DNA of 64,000 bases from an uncultured Verrucomicrobiae bacterium (GTDB lineage: Bacteria; Verrucomicrobiota; Verrucomicrobiia; Opitutales; JABDGR01). Position numbers and translations under genes: made by a program. The DNA is taken from positions 1,280,001-1,344,000 of the forward strand of contig CAVXVB010000009.1 in the NCBI GenBank assembly GCA_963765205.1. Direction: 5' to 3'. Below are positions 55,238 to 64,000 of this stretch, one piece after another (positions within the stretch are counted from its first letter, which is position 1; every line of letters begins with the position of its first letter). Below the pieces are notes generated by a model. It had not been told where the DNA came from. It searched no databases and saw only the letters and a list, made by a program, of their open reading frames with translations.

Positions 55238-55452
55238 GGGCGATATATTTATATCCAAGTCATTTATTAATAGCGTCTTATATTTATTTTCAAATCCATG
55301 AGCGATTCATCTGGCTATGCTATTAGAGCCACATTGTCCCACTCAAGTGACACACAGCGCCATGATCGAGACATAAAATTTAAAAAATTAGTTGACAAGA
55401 CAAGATTAGTGATTTAAGGTAAGACTCAGTTAATAACCACCAGGCTCACACC

Positions 55453-56141
55453 ATGAATTCCAAAATTGAAGACCTAAGAAAACAAGCGTTCGAACAAATG
55501 CAGCGGGCAGCCGCTGCAATGAAGACGTCCGACGTTGTGCGTTTAACGCCGCTATTGGAACGGCTCGCTAAACTCGAATCTGAAGCGTCGCTGCTTGCGA
55601 CGCAGATTCAAGAGATTGAAGGATTGCTTTCAGGCACTATTATTGCGGTTCCCCGGCAATCATACGTCACGAGCAACAATATCGAGATTAACGGTTCCCG
55701 ACCCAGAAGCGTTCTCACAGCAAATTGAAGATAGCATTAAACTGGCGTGCAATTGGCAGGGAACGGCCGAACGAAGAAATTTGCCATCAGTTTGCTAGTG
55801 GAACCCAAGCGATATTTTTAAGCAAACTTATCACTGTGCTAGGGCCACAGACTGAATCGCAAATTGTTCGTTTTTGCTCGTCACAAGCTACACGCATGTA
55901 TCTTTCAAAGAATCCGGACATAGATCCACATTTCACGAATCGACAAACTAGCGAGGAGTATTCTCGCGCTCGTATCCCCGGCACGGAGTGGTATGTAATT
56001 ACGAATACGAATACAAATACGAAAAAGGCAGACTTGGAAAAGTTGCTGCATTTTCTCAAGTTTTCTAAGGATTTTGCTATAATTGAACAAATCAATAAGC
56101 CGGCCAACGATATACCTGATGAAATGTTGGCGGCGCTCTAA
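55453..56141 (+). CDS. AT-rich hypothetical protein(s): coiled-coil ORF 55453-55728 plus a SeqA-C-like ORF 55725-56141 (possibly one frameshifted gene)
   Basis: TRMYL...IPGTEWYVITNTNTNTKK resembles the SeqA C-terminal motif. Confidence 0.6.
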
Positions 56142-56147
56142 CTCCGA

Positions 56148-56217
56148 GGGCGCAGCAAGTCTGCGCCCCTACAAAAACGGGCTGTGCGCAATGTAGGGGC
56201 GCAGTCTTGCTGCGCCC
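56148..56217. repeat. GTAG-family REP doublet (inverted)
   Basis: GGGCGCAGCAAGTCTGCGCCCCTAC ... GTAGGGGCGCAGTCTTGCTGCGCCC. Confidence 0.85.
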
Positions 56218-56308
56218 GATTGGATTATCCGTGCCATTCGTGGTCAAACTGGCCAACTACCATAATTTAGTTTCCAATTAGCGGCCGCCGGTATATCTAT
56301 AGGCGGAC

Positions 56309-56746
56309 ATGCCCACCATCGCGATTGCCTCCGACCATGCCGGCTTTGATTTGAAGACGGCCATTATCGCCCATTTGCGCGCGAAGGGTCTCACCGTGGT
56401 GGATTTTGGCACCGACAGCACGGTGCCGGTGGACTATCCGGATTTCATCCGGCCCGCCGCCGAAAGCGTGGCCAAAGGCGAAAGCGACCTCGGCATCGTC
56501 CTCGGCGGCAGCGGCAACGGGGAGGCCATCGTGGCCAACAAAGTTCGCGGCATCCGTTGCGGTTACTGCTGGAGCGAGGAGAGCGCCCGGCTCACCAAGC
56601 TGCACAACAACGCGAACGTCATCGCCATCGGCGCCCGGCTGGTGAGCGAAAACCTGGCGCTCAAAATCGTGGACACTTGGCTGGCGACGGAATTTGAAGG
56701 CGGCCGGCACATCCGCCGGATTGAAAAAATTGAGAGTGGTGAGTGA
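56309..56746 (+). CDS. rpiB: Ribose-5-phosphate isomerase B
   Basis: IASDHAG, DYPD, GGSGNG, HNNAN and FEGGRH motifs. Confidence 0.95.
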   Translation: MPTIAIASDHAGFDLKTAIIAHLRAKGLTVVDFGTDSTVPVDYPDFIRPAAESVAKGESDLGIVLGGSGNGEAIVANKVRGIRCGYCWSEESARLTKLHNNANVIAIGARLVSENLALKIVDTWLATEFEGGRHIRRIEKIESGE

Positions 56747-56845
56747 CCGAAGGTTTGAGCGCTGATAGGGGCCTCCCCGATGTAATAACTTGCACGGGTT
56801 GCACGGATAAATTTTTGCCATCCATGCGATCCGCGCCCTCCGTGG

Positions 56846-58027
56846 TCAAACCCCAAACATTTTATTTTCCAGCCATAGCGCCGCGGCACCCTCCGTGGCC
56901 GCCGGCTCGCCGAGGAGTTGGCGTAACTTTGCCGCGTCGGCCGCGGCCTGTTCGCGGGCGGCGGGGGCTTCGCATTCCGTCAGCCGCTTCGCCAGCGCGG
57001 CGGGTTGGGCGTCGCCCTGGATGAATTCCGGCCAGGCGGATTCGCCGAGCAGCAGGTTCGCAATGCCGAGGTAGGGCACCTGCACCACGCTGCGGCCCAC
57101 GATGTAGGTAATCGGGTTCGTGCGATAGACAATCGCGCCGGGGATGCCCGCGAGTGCGCAGGAGAGCGACATCGTGCCTGAACTCGTCAGCACCATCCGC
57201 CCCGCCGCCTCGTCCGCCACCGCGCGCAACGCGACGTGCGGCGCCAAATCGGGGCGCGCGGCGATTTGCTTCTCCAGTTCCGCGCGCACGCCCGGCCCCG
57301 AAACGAGAGTCACGGCTTTGGCTTCGGGCCGCGTCAGCCGATATTCCGCAAAGCCCGCGAGCATCTTGGGAAAAATGCGCGACACCGGCGCGACACGGCT
57401 GCCGGGCAACAGCAGCACCGGCCCGTCCGCCGCGTAACTCACCGGCAGCCGGTGCTCCGGCGCGGCGAAGGGATGGCCGACAAATTCCACCGGCAGCGTG
57501 GTGTCGGCAAAGCAACCCGGCTCGAAGGGAAAAATCACCGCCAGCGCGTCGAGCCGCTTCGCCATGGTGAAACGCCGCCGCGCCTTCCACGCCCAGATTT
57601 GCGGGGCGATGTAATAAAGCAGCCGCACGTTCCCGCCCGCCGGGCGGCTCCGCTTGCGCAGGTAAAGTTTCCGCGCCAGTTCCAGATTGAAGCCCGGATA
57701 ATCCACCAGCAGCACCGCGCGCGGCGCATTTTTTTCAATCCACGCCAACGTCTGCGCCAGCAACTCCTTGAAAAATCCGTACTTTTTCAACACTTCCACC
57801 AAACCGACGACCGCGTGCGCGCTCAAATCGTAGAGCAAGAAGGCACCCGCCTCCTGCAATGCCGGGCCACCGAGCGCCGCGACGCGCACTCCCGGCCGCC
57901 GCGCGCGCAACCCGCGCACCAGCCGCGCGGCATGTTCGTCCCCCGACGGTTCACCGGCAATGACCAGCACATCCGGCGGCGGTTCGCCGGCGGGCCAGGC
58001 TTGCAGGGTGGGTGGGGGAAGGTTCAC
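56846..58027 (-). CDS. lpxB: Lipid-A-disaccharide synthase
   Basis: AGEPSGD, VDYPGFN, PQIWAW, IFPFE, FVGHP and LLPGSR motifs. Confidence 0.95.
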   Translation of the reverse strand: MNLPPPTLQAWPAGEPPPDVLVIAGEPSGDEHAARLVRGLRARRPGVRVAALGGPALQEAGAFLLYDLSAHAVVGLVEVLKKYGFFKELLAQTLAWIEKNAPRAVLLVDYPGFNLELARKLYLRKRSRPAGGNVRLLYYIAPQIWAWKARRRFTMAKRLDALAVIFPFEPGCFADTTLPVEFVGHPFAAPEHRLPVSYAADGPVLLLPGSRVAPVSRIFPKMLAGFAEYRLTRPEAKAVTLVSGPGVRAELEKQIAARPDLAPHVALRAVADEAAGRMVLTSSGTMSLSCALAGIPGAIVYRTNPITYIVGRSVVQVPYLGIANLLLGESAWPEFIQGDAQPAALAKRLTECEAPAAREQAAADAAKLRQLLGEPAATEGAAALWLENKMFGV

Positions 58028-58225
58028 CGCAAAGGCGCGAAGCGCGCAAAGGAGTTGGGTGGGTTTGGTTAAAAATTAAACCACGGATGGCACGGATAGC
58101 ACGGATAAAGAAATCAAGGCAACGACCCCGCTAGTTAAAACACATCCGTTTTATCCGTGTCATCCGTGGTTGTCTTGGGGTTTGAGATATTCCTGCTTGG
58201 CGCTCTTGGCTCCTTCGCGGTGAAT
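58025..58225. repeat. Nested REP-like inverted repeats (ACCGCAAAG and AACCACGGAT types)
   Basis: AACCACGGATGGCACGGAT (58079) pairs with ATCCGTGTCATCCGTGGTT (58154). Related copies lie near 4785, 19055, 56228 and 56792. Confidence 0.75.
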
Positions 58226-58228
58226 CCC

Positions 58229-59212
58229 TCACAGCCCGCCCGCCTTGATCTGCGCGGTGATGGTCAGGGCGATTTCGAGCGCGGTTTTGCCAAAGACCAC
58301 GTCAATCTTCGGTGTCTGCGCGGTGCGCACACTTTCGATGAACGAAGCCAGTTCCAGCTTGAGCGGCTCCGCCTTCTCGACCGCGATTTCCTCGCGCTTG
58401 AGGCCGCCCGGCGTCCAGCGCACGAAATGCCCCGCGCATTGGTCGAAATCCACCGACATGTAGCCCGCGCGCTGGAAAATCCGCCATTCCCGCGCCCGCT
58501 TTTTGCTGAGGCGCGAGACATTCAGGTCGGCGACACAGCCGTCGGCGAAAACGAGGCGCGCGTTGGCGATGTCCATGTGCTGCGTGAGGACGGAAAAGCC
58601 GGCGGCGTCAATGCGCGCGACCGGCGCGCCCACCAGTTTCAGCACCAGCCCGATGTCGTGGATCATCAAATCGAGCACGACATCCACCTCCTTGACCCGC
58701 GGGTTGACGTAGCCTTCGTGCGCGCTTTCGGCATCAGTCGCGTTCGGGTCTGGAATTAGCGGCGCCAGCCGTTCGGCGCGGATGAAGCGCGGCTGGCGGA
58801 CATTTTTTTCGAGGTAGGCCATCACCGGGTTGAAGTGCTCGATGTGCCCGACCTGCACAAGGCGGCCGGCCTTTTGCGCGGCGGCCACGATTTTATCCGC
58901 GTCCTCGAGCGACAGGCAGAGCGGCTTCTCGATGAGCAGGTGGCAGCCTGCCGCCAGCAGCCGCAACGCGACAGCGCAGTGATGGTTCGTCGGCACAACC
59001 ACGCTCACCACGTCGCAGGCGCGGCCCAGGGCCTCGGGCGAATCAAACACCGCGCAGTGGTGCCGCGCGGCGATTTCGGCGGCGCGGGCCAAGTCCGTGT
59101 CGTAAACCCCGGCGAGGGTGACGCCGGGCAGTTCCGTGTAAACGCGCGCGTGGTGCTGGCCGAGGTAGCCGACGCCGGCCACGCCGGCGCGAAGGGGGGA
59201 AGATTCGGGCAT
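58229..59212 (-). CDS. Gfo/Idh/MocA oxidoreductase, GnnA-like
   Basis: GVGYLGQHHAR, EKP, GHIEHFNP and DVVLDLMIHD; directly upstream of lpxB. Confidence 0.85.
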   Translation of the reverse strand: MPESSPLRAGVAGVGYLGQHHARVYTELPGVTLAGVYDTDLARAAEIAARHHCAVFDSPEALGRACDVVSVVVPTNHHCAVALRLLAAGCHLLIEKPLCLSLEDADKIVAAAQKAGRLVQVGHIEHFNPVMAYLEKNVRQPRFIRAERLAPLIPDPNATDAESAHEGYVNPRVKEVDVVLDLMIHDIGLVLKLVGAPVARIDAAGFSVLTQHMDIANARLVFADGCVADLNVSRLSKKRAREWRIFQRAGYMSVDFDQCAGHFVRWTPGGLKREEIAVEKAEPLKLELASFIESVRTAQTPKIDVVFGKTALEIALTITAQIKAGGL

Positions 59213-59637
59213 GGCCCGTTTATCCACGAATCGCCCCCGCTTGGCACGAATATTTTGTTGCTTAGAGGAAATTGCCAAAATCAAGGAACCCCAAGAATAT
59301 AATAAACATAAAAACTCCAGAAGATAAAAGCCGATCATCAGGAGGTAAAGCGATCATGCAACATGAACAGGATGGCCGCAAACACCTCCCGCTTGTTGGC
59401 CCGGGGTCGTCCAAACGCACTGCGTTGGCGGCGTTGTAAGACCGGACTTAACCCCTCCCATTGTTTGTCAGTTATAAACATTCCATTCCAAAAGCGGCTT
59501 TTATGCCGACTTTTCGGATCGCCTCCAGGGAATCCCGATCAGGTTGCAGCCGGGTGCTGCTTTCATTTTGTGTTGCCAATGCTGGATTTTTAGATTGTAA
59601 AAAATGTCCCCCACCCCACCCCCAAGGAGATTTCAAC

Positions 59638-60816
59638 GTGAAACTGTTTTATTTGCACCACGCGAAAGTTCGCCTCGTCTTGATTCTGGCCGCCCTGCCC
59701 GCCACCGGCTATTTTTCCGTCGCCTGCGCGGCCGCGGATTCGCCGCCGCCGGCCATCAGCACACCGGCCCCGGCGCCAGCCCACCCGGAAGATTCGTGGG
59801 GCGCCTGGGCCACCGGCCAGGAGCCGACGACCATCGGCACCAAGGTCGTGCAAAACCTGCTCGATCGGCCCAAGCTCGATCTTTCCGGCGGCGGGCTGAC
59901 CTACCAGGAAACTTGCTGCGGCTACGGGGCCGTCCGCTTCGCCGCCGCGATCAAGAACCCGGATTTGCTGAACAAGGTGATCGCGCGCTATCAGGCCATC
60001 ATCACGCCCGCCGGCGCCCGGCTGGCCCCCAAGCCGGATCATGTGGACCGGAGCGTTTTTGGCATTCTGCCGCTGGAATTGTATAAAGACCAGGACTCTC
60101 ACGACCCGCAGTATCTCGCGCTCGGCCTCAAATACGCCGATGTGCAGTTCGCCACGCTCAACCCCGCCGGCTTGAGTTCCGAAACCCGCTACTATATTGA
60201 CGATGCCTTCAAGCTCTGCGCGATGCAGATGCTGGCCTATCGCGCCACCCAAAAGGCCGACTACGCGGCCAACGCCGTGAAGGAAATGAACGCGTTCGTT
60301 GACCAGTTGCAGCAACCCACCGGCCTGTTCTTTCACGGCCCCGACGCCCACGTTTATTGGGGGCGCGGCAACGGCTGGATCGCGGCGGGCCTCACGGAAA
60401 TGCTGCTCAACCTCCCGGCCACCGACCCCCAGCGCGCCAAAATCATGACCAGCTACAAGGCGATGATGGCCGGGCTGCTCAAATACCAGGCCGCCGATGG
60501 CCGCTGGCGGCAGGTGATTGACGACGACCAGGCCTGGGAGGAAAATTCCAGCACCGGTTATTTTATTTTCGCGCTGGGTGAAGGCGTGGATCAGGGCTGG
60601 CTGGATGCCGCCACTTACCGGCCGGTGGTTAAAAAAGCGTGGGGCGCGCTCTGCGGGCAAATTGATCCGCAAGGCAACATCCTGGACGTCGGTGGCGTGA
60701 CCGAACATTCCAACGACGTAAGCTATTACCTGGCGATCCCGCGCACCAACGGCAACCTGCACGGCCAGTTCGCCGCCATGTGGGCCGCCACGGCTTTGCT
60801 GGACCCCAAGCACTGA
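59638..60816 (+). CDS. GH105/GH88-family unsaturated glycuronyl hydrolase
   Basis: HVD, RYYIDD, GLFFHG, WGRGNGW and ENSST motifs. Confidence 0.85.
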   Translation: MKLFYLHHAKVRLVLILAALPATGYFSVACAAADSPPPAISTPAPAPAHPEDSWGAWATGQEPTTIGTKVVQNLLDRPKLDLSGGGLTYQETCCGYGAVRFAAAIKNPDLLNKVIARYQAIITPAGARLAPKPDHVDRSVFGILPLELYKDQDSHDPQYLALGLKYADVQFATLNPAGLSSETRYYIDDAFKLCAMQMLAYRATQKADYAANAVKEMNAFVDQLQQPTGLFFHGPDAHVYWGRGNGWIAAGLTEMLLNLPATDPQRAKIMTSYKAMMAGLLKYQAADGRWRQVIDDDQAWEENSSTGYFIFALGEGVDQGWLDAATYRPVVKKAWGALCGQIDPQGNILDVGGVTEHSNDVSYYLAIPRTNGNLHGQFAAMWAATALLDPKH

Positions 60817-60952
60817 GGGGCCGTGCGGCGGTTCCCCAGAGGATGCAGCGCCCGGCTTTATCGCTCTTGCACGCCGCGTTCGCAACCGTTTTGCTGAAGG
60901 AAGACAACTGCCCCACCCCGGAGTGTGCGGCCCGCCAGCAACTGATTTACCC

Positions 60953-62407
60953 ATGTTTGAACAAGCCTTCAAAAGCATTGACGACATCCTCCGCCAAGAG
61001 GCCGGTTGCGCCTCTGAACTCGATTACACCGAGCAAACGTCCTGGCTGCTTTTCCTGAAATACCTCGATGATTTGGAAAAGGACAAGGCGACCGAGGCCG
61101 CGCTGGACGGGAAAAAATACAGCTACATTCTCGACCAACCTTACCGCTGGGACACCTGGGCCGCCCCCAAGGGCAAGGACGGCCAGCTTGACCACAACGC
61201 GGCGATGACGGGCGACGACGTGCGCGATTTCGTCAACGGCAAACTCTTCCCCTACCTGAACACCTTCAAACAACGGGCCACCGGGCCGCAAACCATCGAA
61301 TACAAAATTGGCGAAATCTTTGGCGAAATTAAGAACAAAATTTCCAGCGGCTACAATTTGCGCGACATCATTGACCACATTGACGAACTGCATTTCCGCT
61401 CCCAGACCGAAAAGCACGAACTTTCGCACCTCTACGAAGACAAGATCAAGAAGATGGGCAATGCCGGGCGCAATGGCGGCGAGTATTACACCCCGCGCCC
61501 GCTCATCCGCGCCATTGTGCAAGTGGTGCAACCTAAAATTGGCCAGCGCATTTATGACGGCGCGGTCGGGTCGGCGGGCTTTTTGTGCGAAGCATTTGAT
61601 TACCTGAAAGCCCACGGCAAGCTCACCACCAAAGACCTCGACACGCTCCAGAACCGCACTTTTTACGGAAAGGAAAAAAAGTCTCTCGCCTTCGTCATCG
61701 CCATCATGAACATGATCCTGCATGGCATCGAAGCCCCCAACATTATTCACACCAACACGCTCACCGAAAACCTGGCCGACATTCAGGAAAAAGACCGCTA
61801 CGACGTGGTGCTGGCCAATCCGCCGTTCGGCGGCGGGGAGCGCAAAGAGGTGCAGCAAAACTTTCCCATCCGCACCGGCGAGACGGCCTTTCTCTTCCTC
61901 CAGCACTTCATCAAAATTCTCCGGGCGGGCGGGCGCGGCGGCGTGGTGATCAAGAACACCTTCCTTTCCAACACCGACAACGCTTCCACCAGCCTGCGCA
62001 AGCTCTTGCTGGAAAGCTGCAATCTGCACACTGTCCTCGACTGCCCCGGCGGCACCTTTCAGGGCGCGGGCGTAAAAACTGTGGTGCTCTTTTTTGAAAA
62101 AGGCAGCAAGACCCGCAAAATCTGGTTCTACCAGCTCGATCCCGGCCGCAACCTCGGCAAGACCAACCCACTCAACGACGAAGACCTGGCTGAATTCGTG
62201 AAGCTGCAAAAGACCTTCGCCGACTCGCCCAAGTCGTGGAGCGTGGACGCCAAGAGCATTGACCCGACAACCTTTGATCTTTCGGTAAAAAACCCAAACG
62301 GCGGCAAGGAAATTGCTCACCGCACCCCGGAAGCGATCATGGAGGAAATCGCCGCGCTGGATGCCGAGAGCGCGGAAGTGTTAGGGAACATTAGGGGGCT
62401 GCTATGA
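60953..62407 (+). CDS. hsdM: Type I R-M methyltransferase subunit (m6A)
   Basis: GEYYTPRP, YDGAVGSAGFL and LANPPF motifs. Confidence 0.95.
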   Translation: MFEQAFKSIDDILRQEAGCASELDYTEQTSWLLFLKYLDDLEKDKATEAALDGKKYSYILDQPYRWDTWAAPKGKDGQLDHNAAMTGDDVRDFVNGKLFPYLNTFKQRATGPQTIEYKIGEIFGEIKNKISSGYNLRDIIDHIDELHFRSQTEKHELSHLYEDKIKKMGNAGRNGGEYYTPRPLIRAIVQVVQPKIGQRIYDGAVGSAGFLCEAFDYLKAHGKLTTKDLDTLQNRTFYGKEKKSLAFVIAIMNMILHGIEAPNIIHTNTLTENLADIQEKDRYDVVLANPPFGGGERKEVQQNFPIRTGETAFLFLQHFIKILRAGGRGGVVIKNTFLSNTDNASTSLRKLLLESCNLHTVLDCPGGTFQGAGVKTVVLFFEKGSKTRKIWFYQLDPGRNLGKTNPLNDEDLAEFVKLQKTFADSPKSWSVDAKSIDPTTFDLSVKNPNGGKEIAHRTPEAIMEEIAALDAESAEVLGNIRGLL

Positions 62408-63588
62408 AAAAAGGGTGGGAATTCAAAGAACTCGGTGCGGTGTCTGCCATTAACTATGGCTACACGGAAAGTGCATCGAGTGAGCCTATTGGCCCTCGAT
62501 TTCTTCGCATCACCGATATTCAGGACGATCGCGTCGATTGGGAAAGTGTTCCCTATTGTAAGATTGAAACAGCGGATATTGCCAAATATCGCTTGGCCAG
62601 CGGAGACATTGTTTTTGCGCGAACCGGGGCGACAACAGGCAAGAGCTTCCTCGTAGACGAACCGCCCGAAGCTGTGTTTGCATCGTATTTAATTCGACTT
62701 CGGTTGCTCGACAAAAAGCTGTTGCCTGAATTCGTGTCACTTTTCTTCCAAACCAACGGTTACTGGAAGTCGATCAAAGAAGGCTCGGCAGGTAGCGCAC
62801 AAGGTGGCTTCAATGCGACAAAACTTGCTGCTCTCTCTATTCCTGTTCCTACGCTCTCCGAACAGCAACGCATCGTCAGCATTCTCGACGAAGCATTTGC
62901 GGGCATCACCACCGCGAAAGCCAACGCCGAAAAGAACCTCCAAAATGCCCGCGCCCTCTTCGAAAGCCACCTCCAATCCGTCTTCACCCAGCGCGGCAAG
63001 GGGTGGGTGGAGACAAAACTGGATGACGTTTGCGGTTTTCAAAATGGGTTTGCATTTAAGAGCAGTAGCTTTAAGGACTGCGGCTTTCCGATTCTGCGCA
63101 TTTCGAACATTCAGGACAACCGGGTTGCAACGGAGAAACTTGTGTTTTTCGACCCGAAGGACTACCGAGAGAATCTCGATAGGTATCGAATCGTCGAAGA
63201 TGATTTGCTGATTGCCATGTCTGGAGCAACGACGGGCAAGCTTGGTTTCAACATGACAAGCAAAGTGTTCTATTTAAATCAACGCGTAGGCAAGTTTGAG
63301 CCTGGCAAGAATCTCGACAAGCGCTTTCTATATTACTTCCTCTCGACTAAAATTGAGGAAAATCTGCGCATTTCGGTAGGTTCAGCTCAACCCAATTTAA
63401 GCACCGAACAGATCAAAAACTTTTCTCTGCCATTACCGTCATTCACGGAACAATCGCGCATTGTCGCCTCTTTCGACAATCTCCACATCGAAACCCACCG
63501 CCTCGAATCCATCTACGAACGCAAGCTGGCGGCGCTGGAGGCGTTGAAAAAATCGTTGTTGCACCAGGCGTTCACGGGCAAACTTTAG
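62404..63588 (+). CDS. hsdS: Type I R-M specificity subunit
   Basis: Two AT-rich TRDs separated by conserved P..EQ.RIV helices, ending LKKSLLHQAFTGKL. Confidence 0.95.
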   Translation: MKKGWEFKELGAVSAINYGYTESASSEPIGPRFLRITDIQDDRVDWESVPYCKIETADIAKYRLASGDIVFARTGATTGKSFLVDEPPEAVFASYLIRLRLLDKKLLPEFVSLFFQTNGYWKSIKEGSAGSAQGGFNATKLAALSIPVPTLSEQQRIVSILDEAFAGITTAKANAEKNLQNARALFESHLQSVFTQRGKGWVETKLDDVCGFQNGFAFKSSSFKDCGFPILRISNIQDNRVATEKLVFFDPKDYRENLDRYRIVEDDLLIAMSGATTGKLGFNMTSKVFYLNQRVGKFEPGKNLDKRFLYYFLSTKIEENLRISVGSAQPNLSTEQIKNFSLPLPSFTEQSRIVASFDNLHIETHRLESIYERKLAALEALKKSLLHQAFTGKL

Positions 63589-63594
63589 GCCTTC

Positions 63595-63984
63595 ATGAGC
63601 GACGAAGCCCAGCCGCAATCCTCGATCATCCTCTACCAGGCGGAGGATGGGCGCCCGCGCATTCAGTGCCGGTTCGAGAAGGAGACGGTCTGGTTGACGC
63701 AAAAGCTGATGGCGGAGTTGTTCCAGAAGGATGTGCGGACGATCAACGAGCACATTCAAAATGTCCTGGCCGAGGGGGAATTGCCGCCGGATTCAGTTAT
63801 CCGGAAATTCCGGATAACTGCCGCCGATGGCAAAACCTACGAAACGCAGCATTACAACCTGGAGGTCGTTATTTCCGTCGGCTACCGAGACCACCGCCCG
63901 CAACTATTCGGAAATACCGAGTGGTTGGCCGGAATTGCCCAACGCCCAAGGTTTGCCCCAGGCTGGAGGCCATCCCATGAGTGA
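63595..63984 (+). pseudogene. RhuM-family protein, N-terminal part only
   Basis: ETVWLTQKLMAELFQKDVRTINEH...YNLEVVISVGYR, then divergence. A similar start (MSDESLP) begins at 63978. Confidence 0.75.
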
Positions 63985-64000
63985 CGAATCCCTGCCTACC

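Noticed and set aside
55220..55240. CIRCE element upstream of dnaK
   Set aside because: Only TTAGCA matches, and there is no GAGTGCTAA half-site at 9-nt spacing.
59241..59262. TTGGCACG as a sigma-54 promoter
   Set aside because: There is no GC at the required -12 spacing.
63991..64000. CCTGCCTACC as the start of another mini-palindrome
   Set aside because: The window ends here, and the bases are equally explained as codons of the ORF starting at 63978.

Overview
High-GC bacterial chromosomal window, most consistent with Verrucomicrobiota/PVC (inferred from gene content and repeat style). Housekeeping and metabolic genes include a C-terminal protease, an ABC transporter, aroC, an ABC-F ATPase, dnaK-groES-groEL, rpiB, lpxB with a GnnA-like dehydrogenase, several CAZymes and type I hsdM/hsdS. 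A ~16 kb TPR-peptidase/DUF4159/MoxR/DUF58/BatA-VWA/Gln-rich/GATase-like/caspase-like envelope operon spans 23.6-39.6 kb. The main signal is absent from the ORF track: a compact array of 12 tRNA genes (7772-8740), one per amino acid. All 12 share a rewired elbow (D-loop AG instead of GG, T-loop G55 instead of U55), and the array is cut inside a probable 13th tRNA by a RAYT transposase bounded by inverted repeats. Other notable features are a GIY-YIG cassette remnant with a duplicated tRNA-Met 3' half, a TCCCGC..GCGGGA mini-palindrome replacing short segments of other repeats, an intact IS5 inside a PIN gene, Rhs remnants, a SeqA-like domain, and sigma-54-like promoters. Several single-base homopolymer frameshifts (including in groEL) look like sequencing errors. 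All calls were made by eye, with no database searches.
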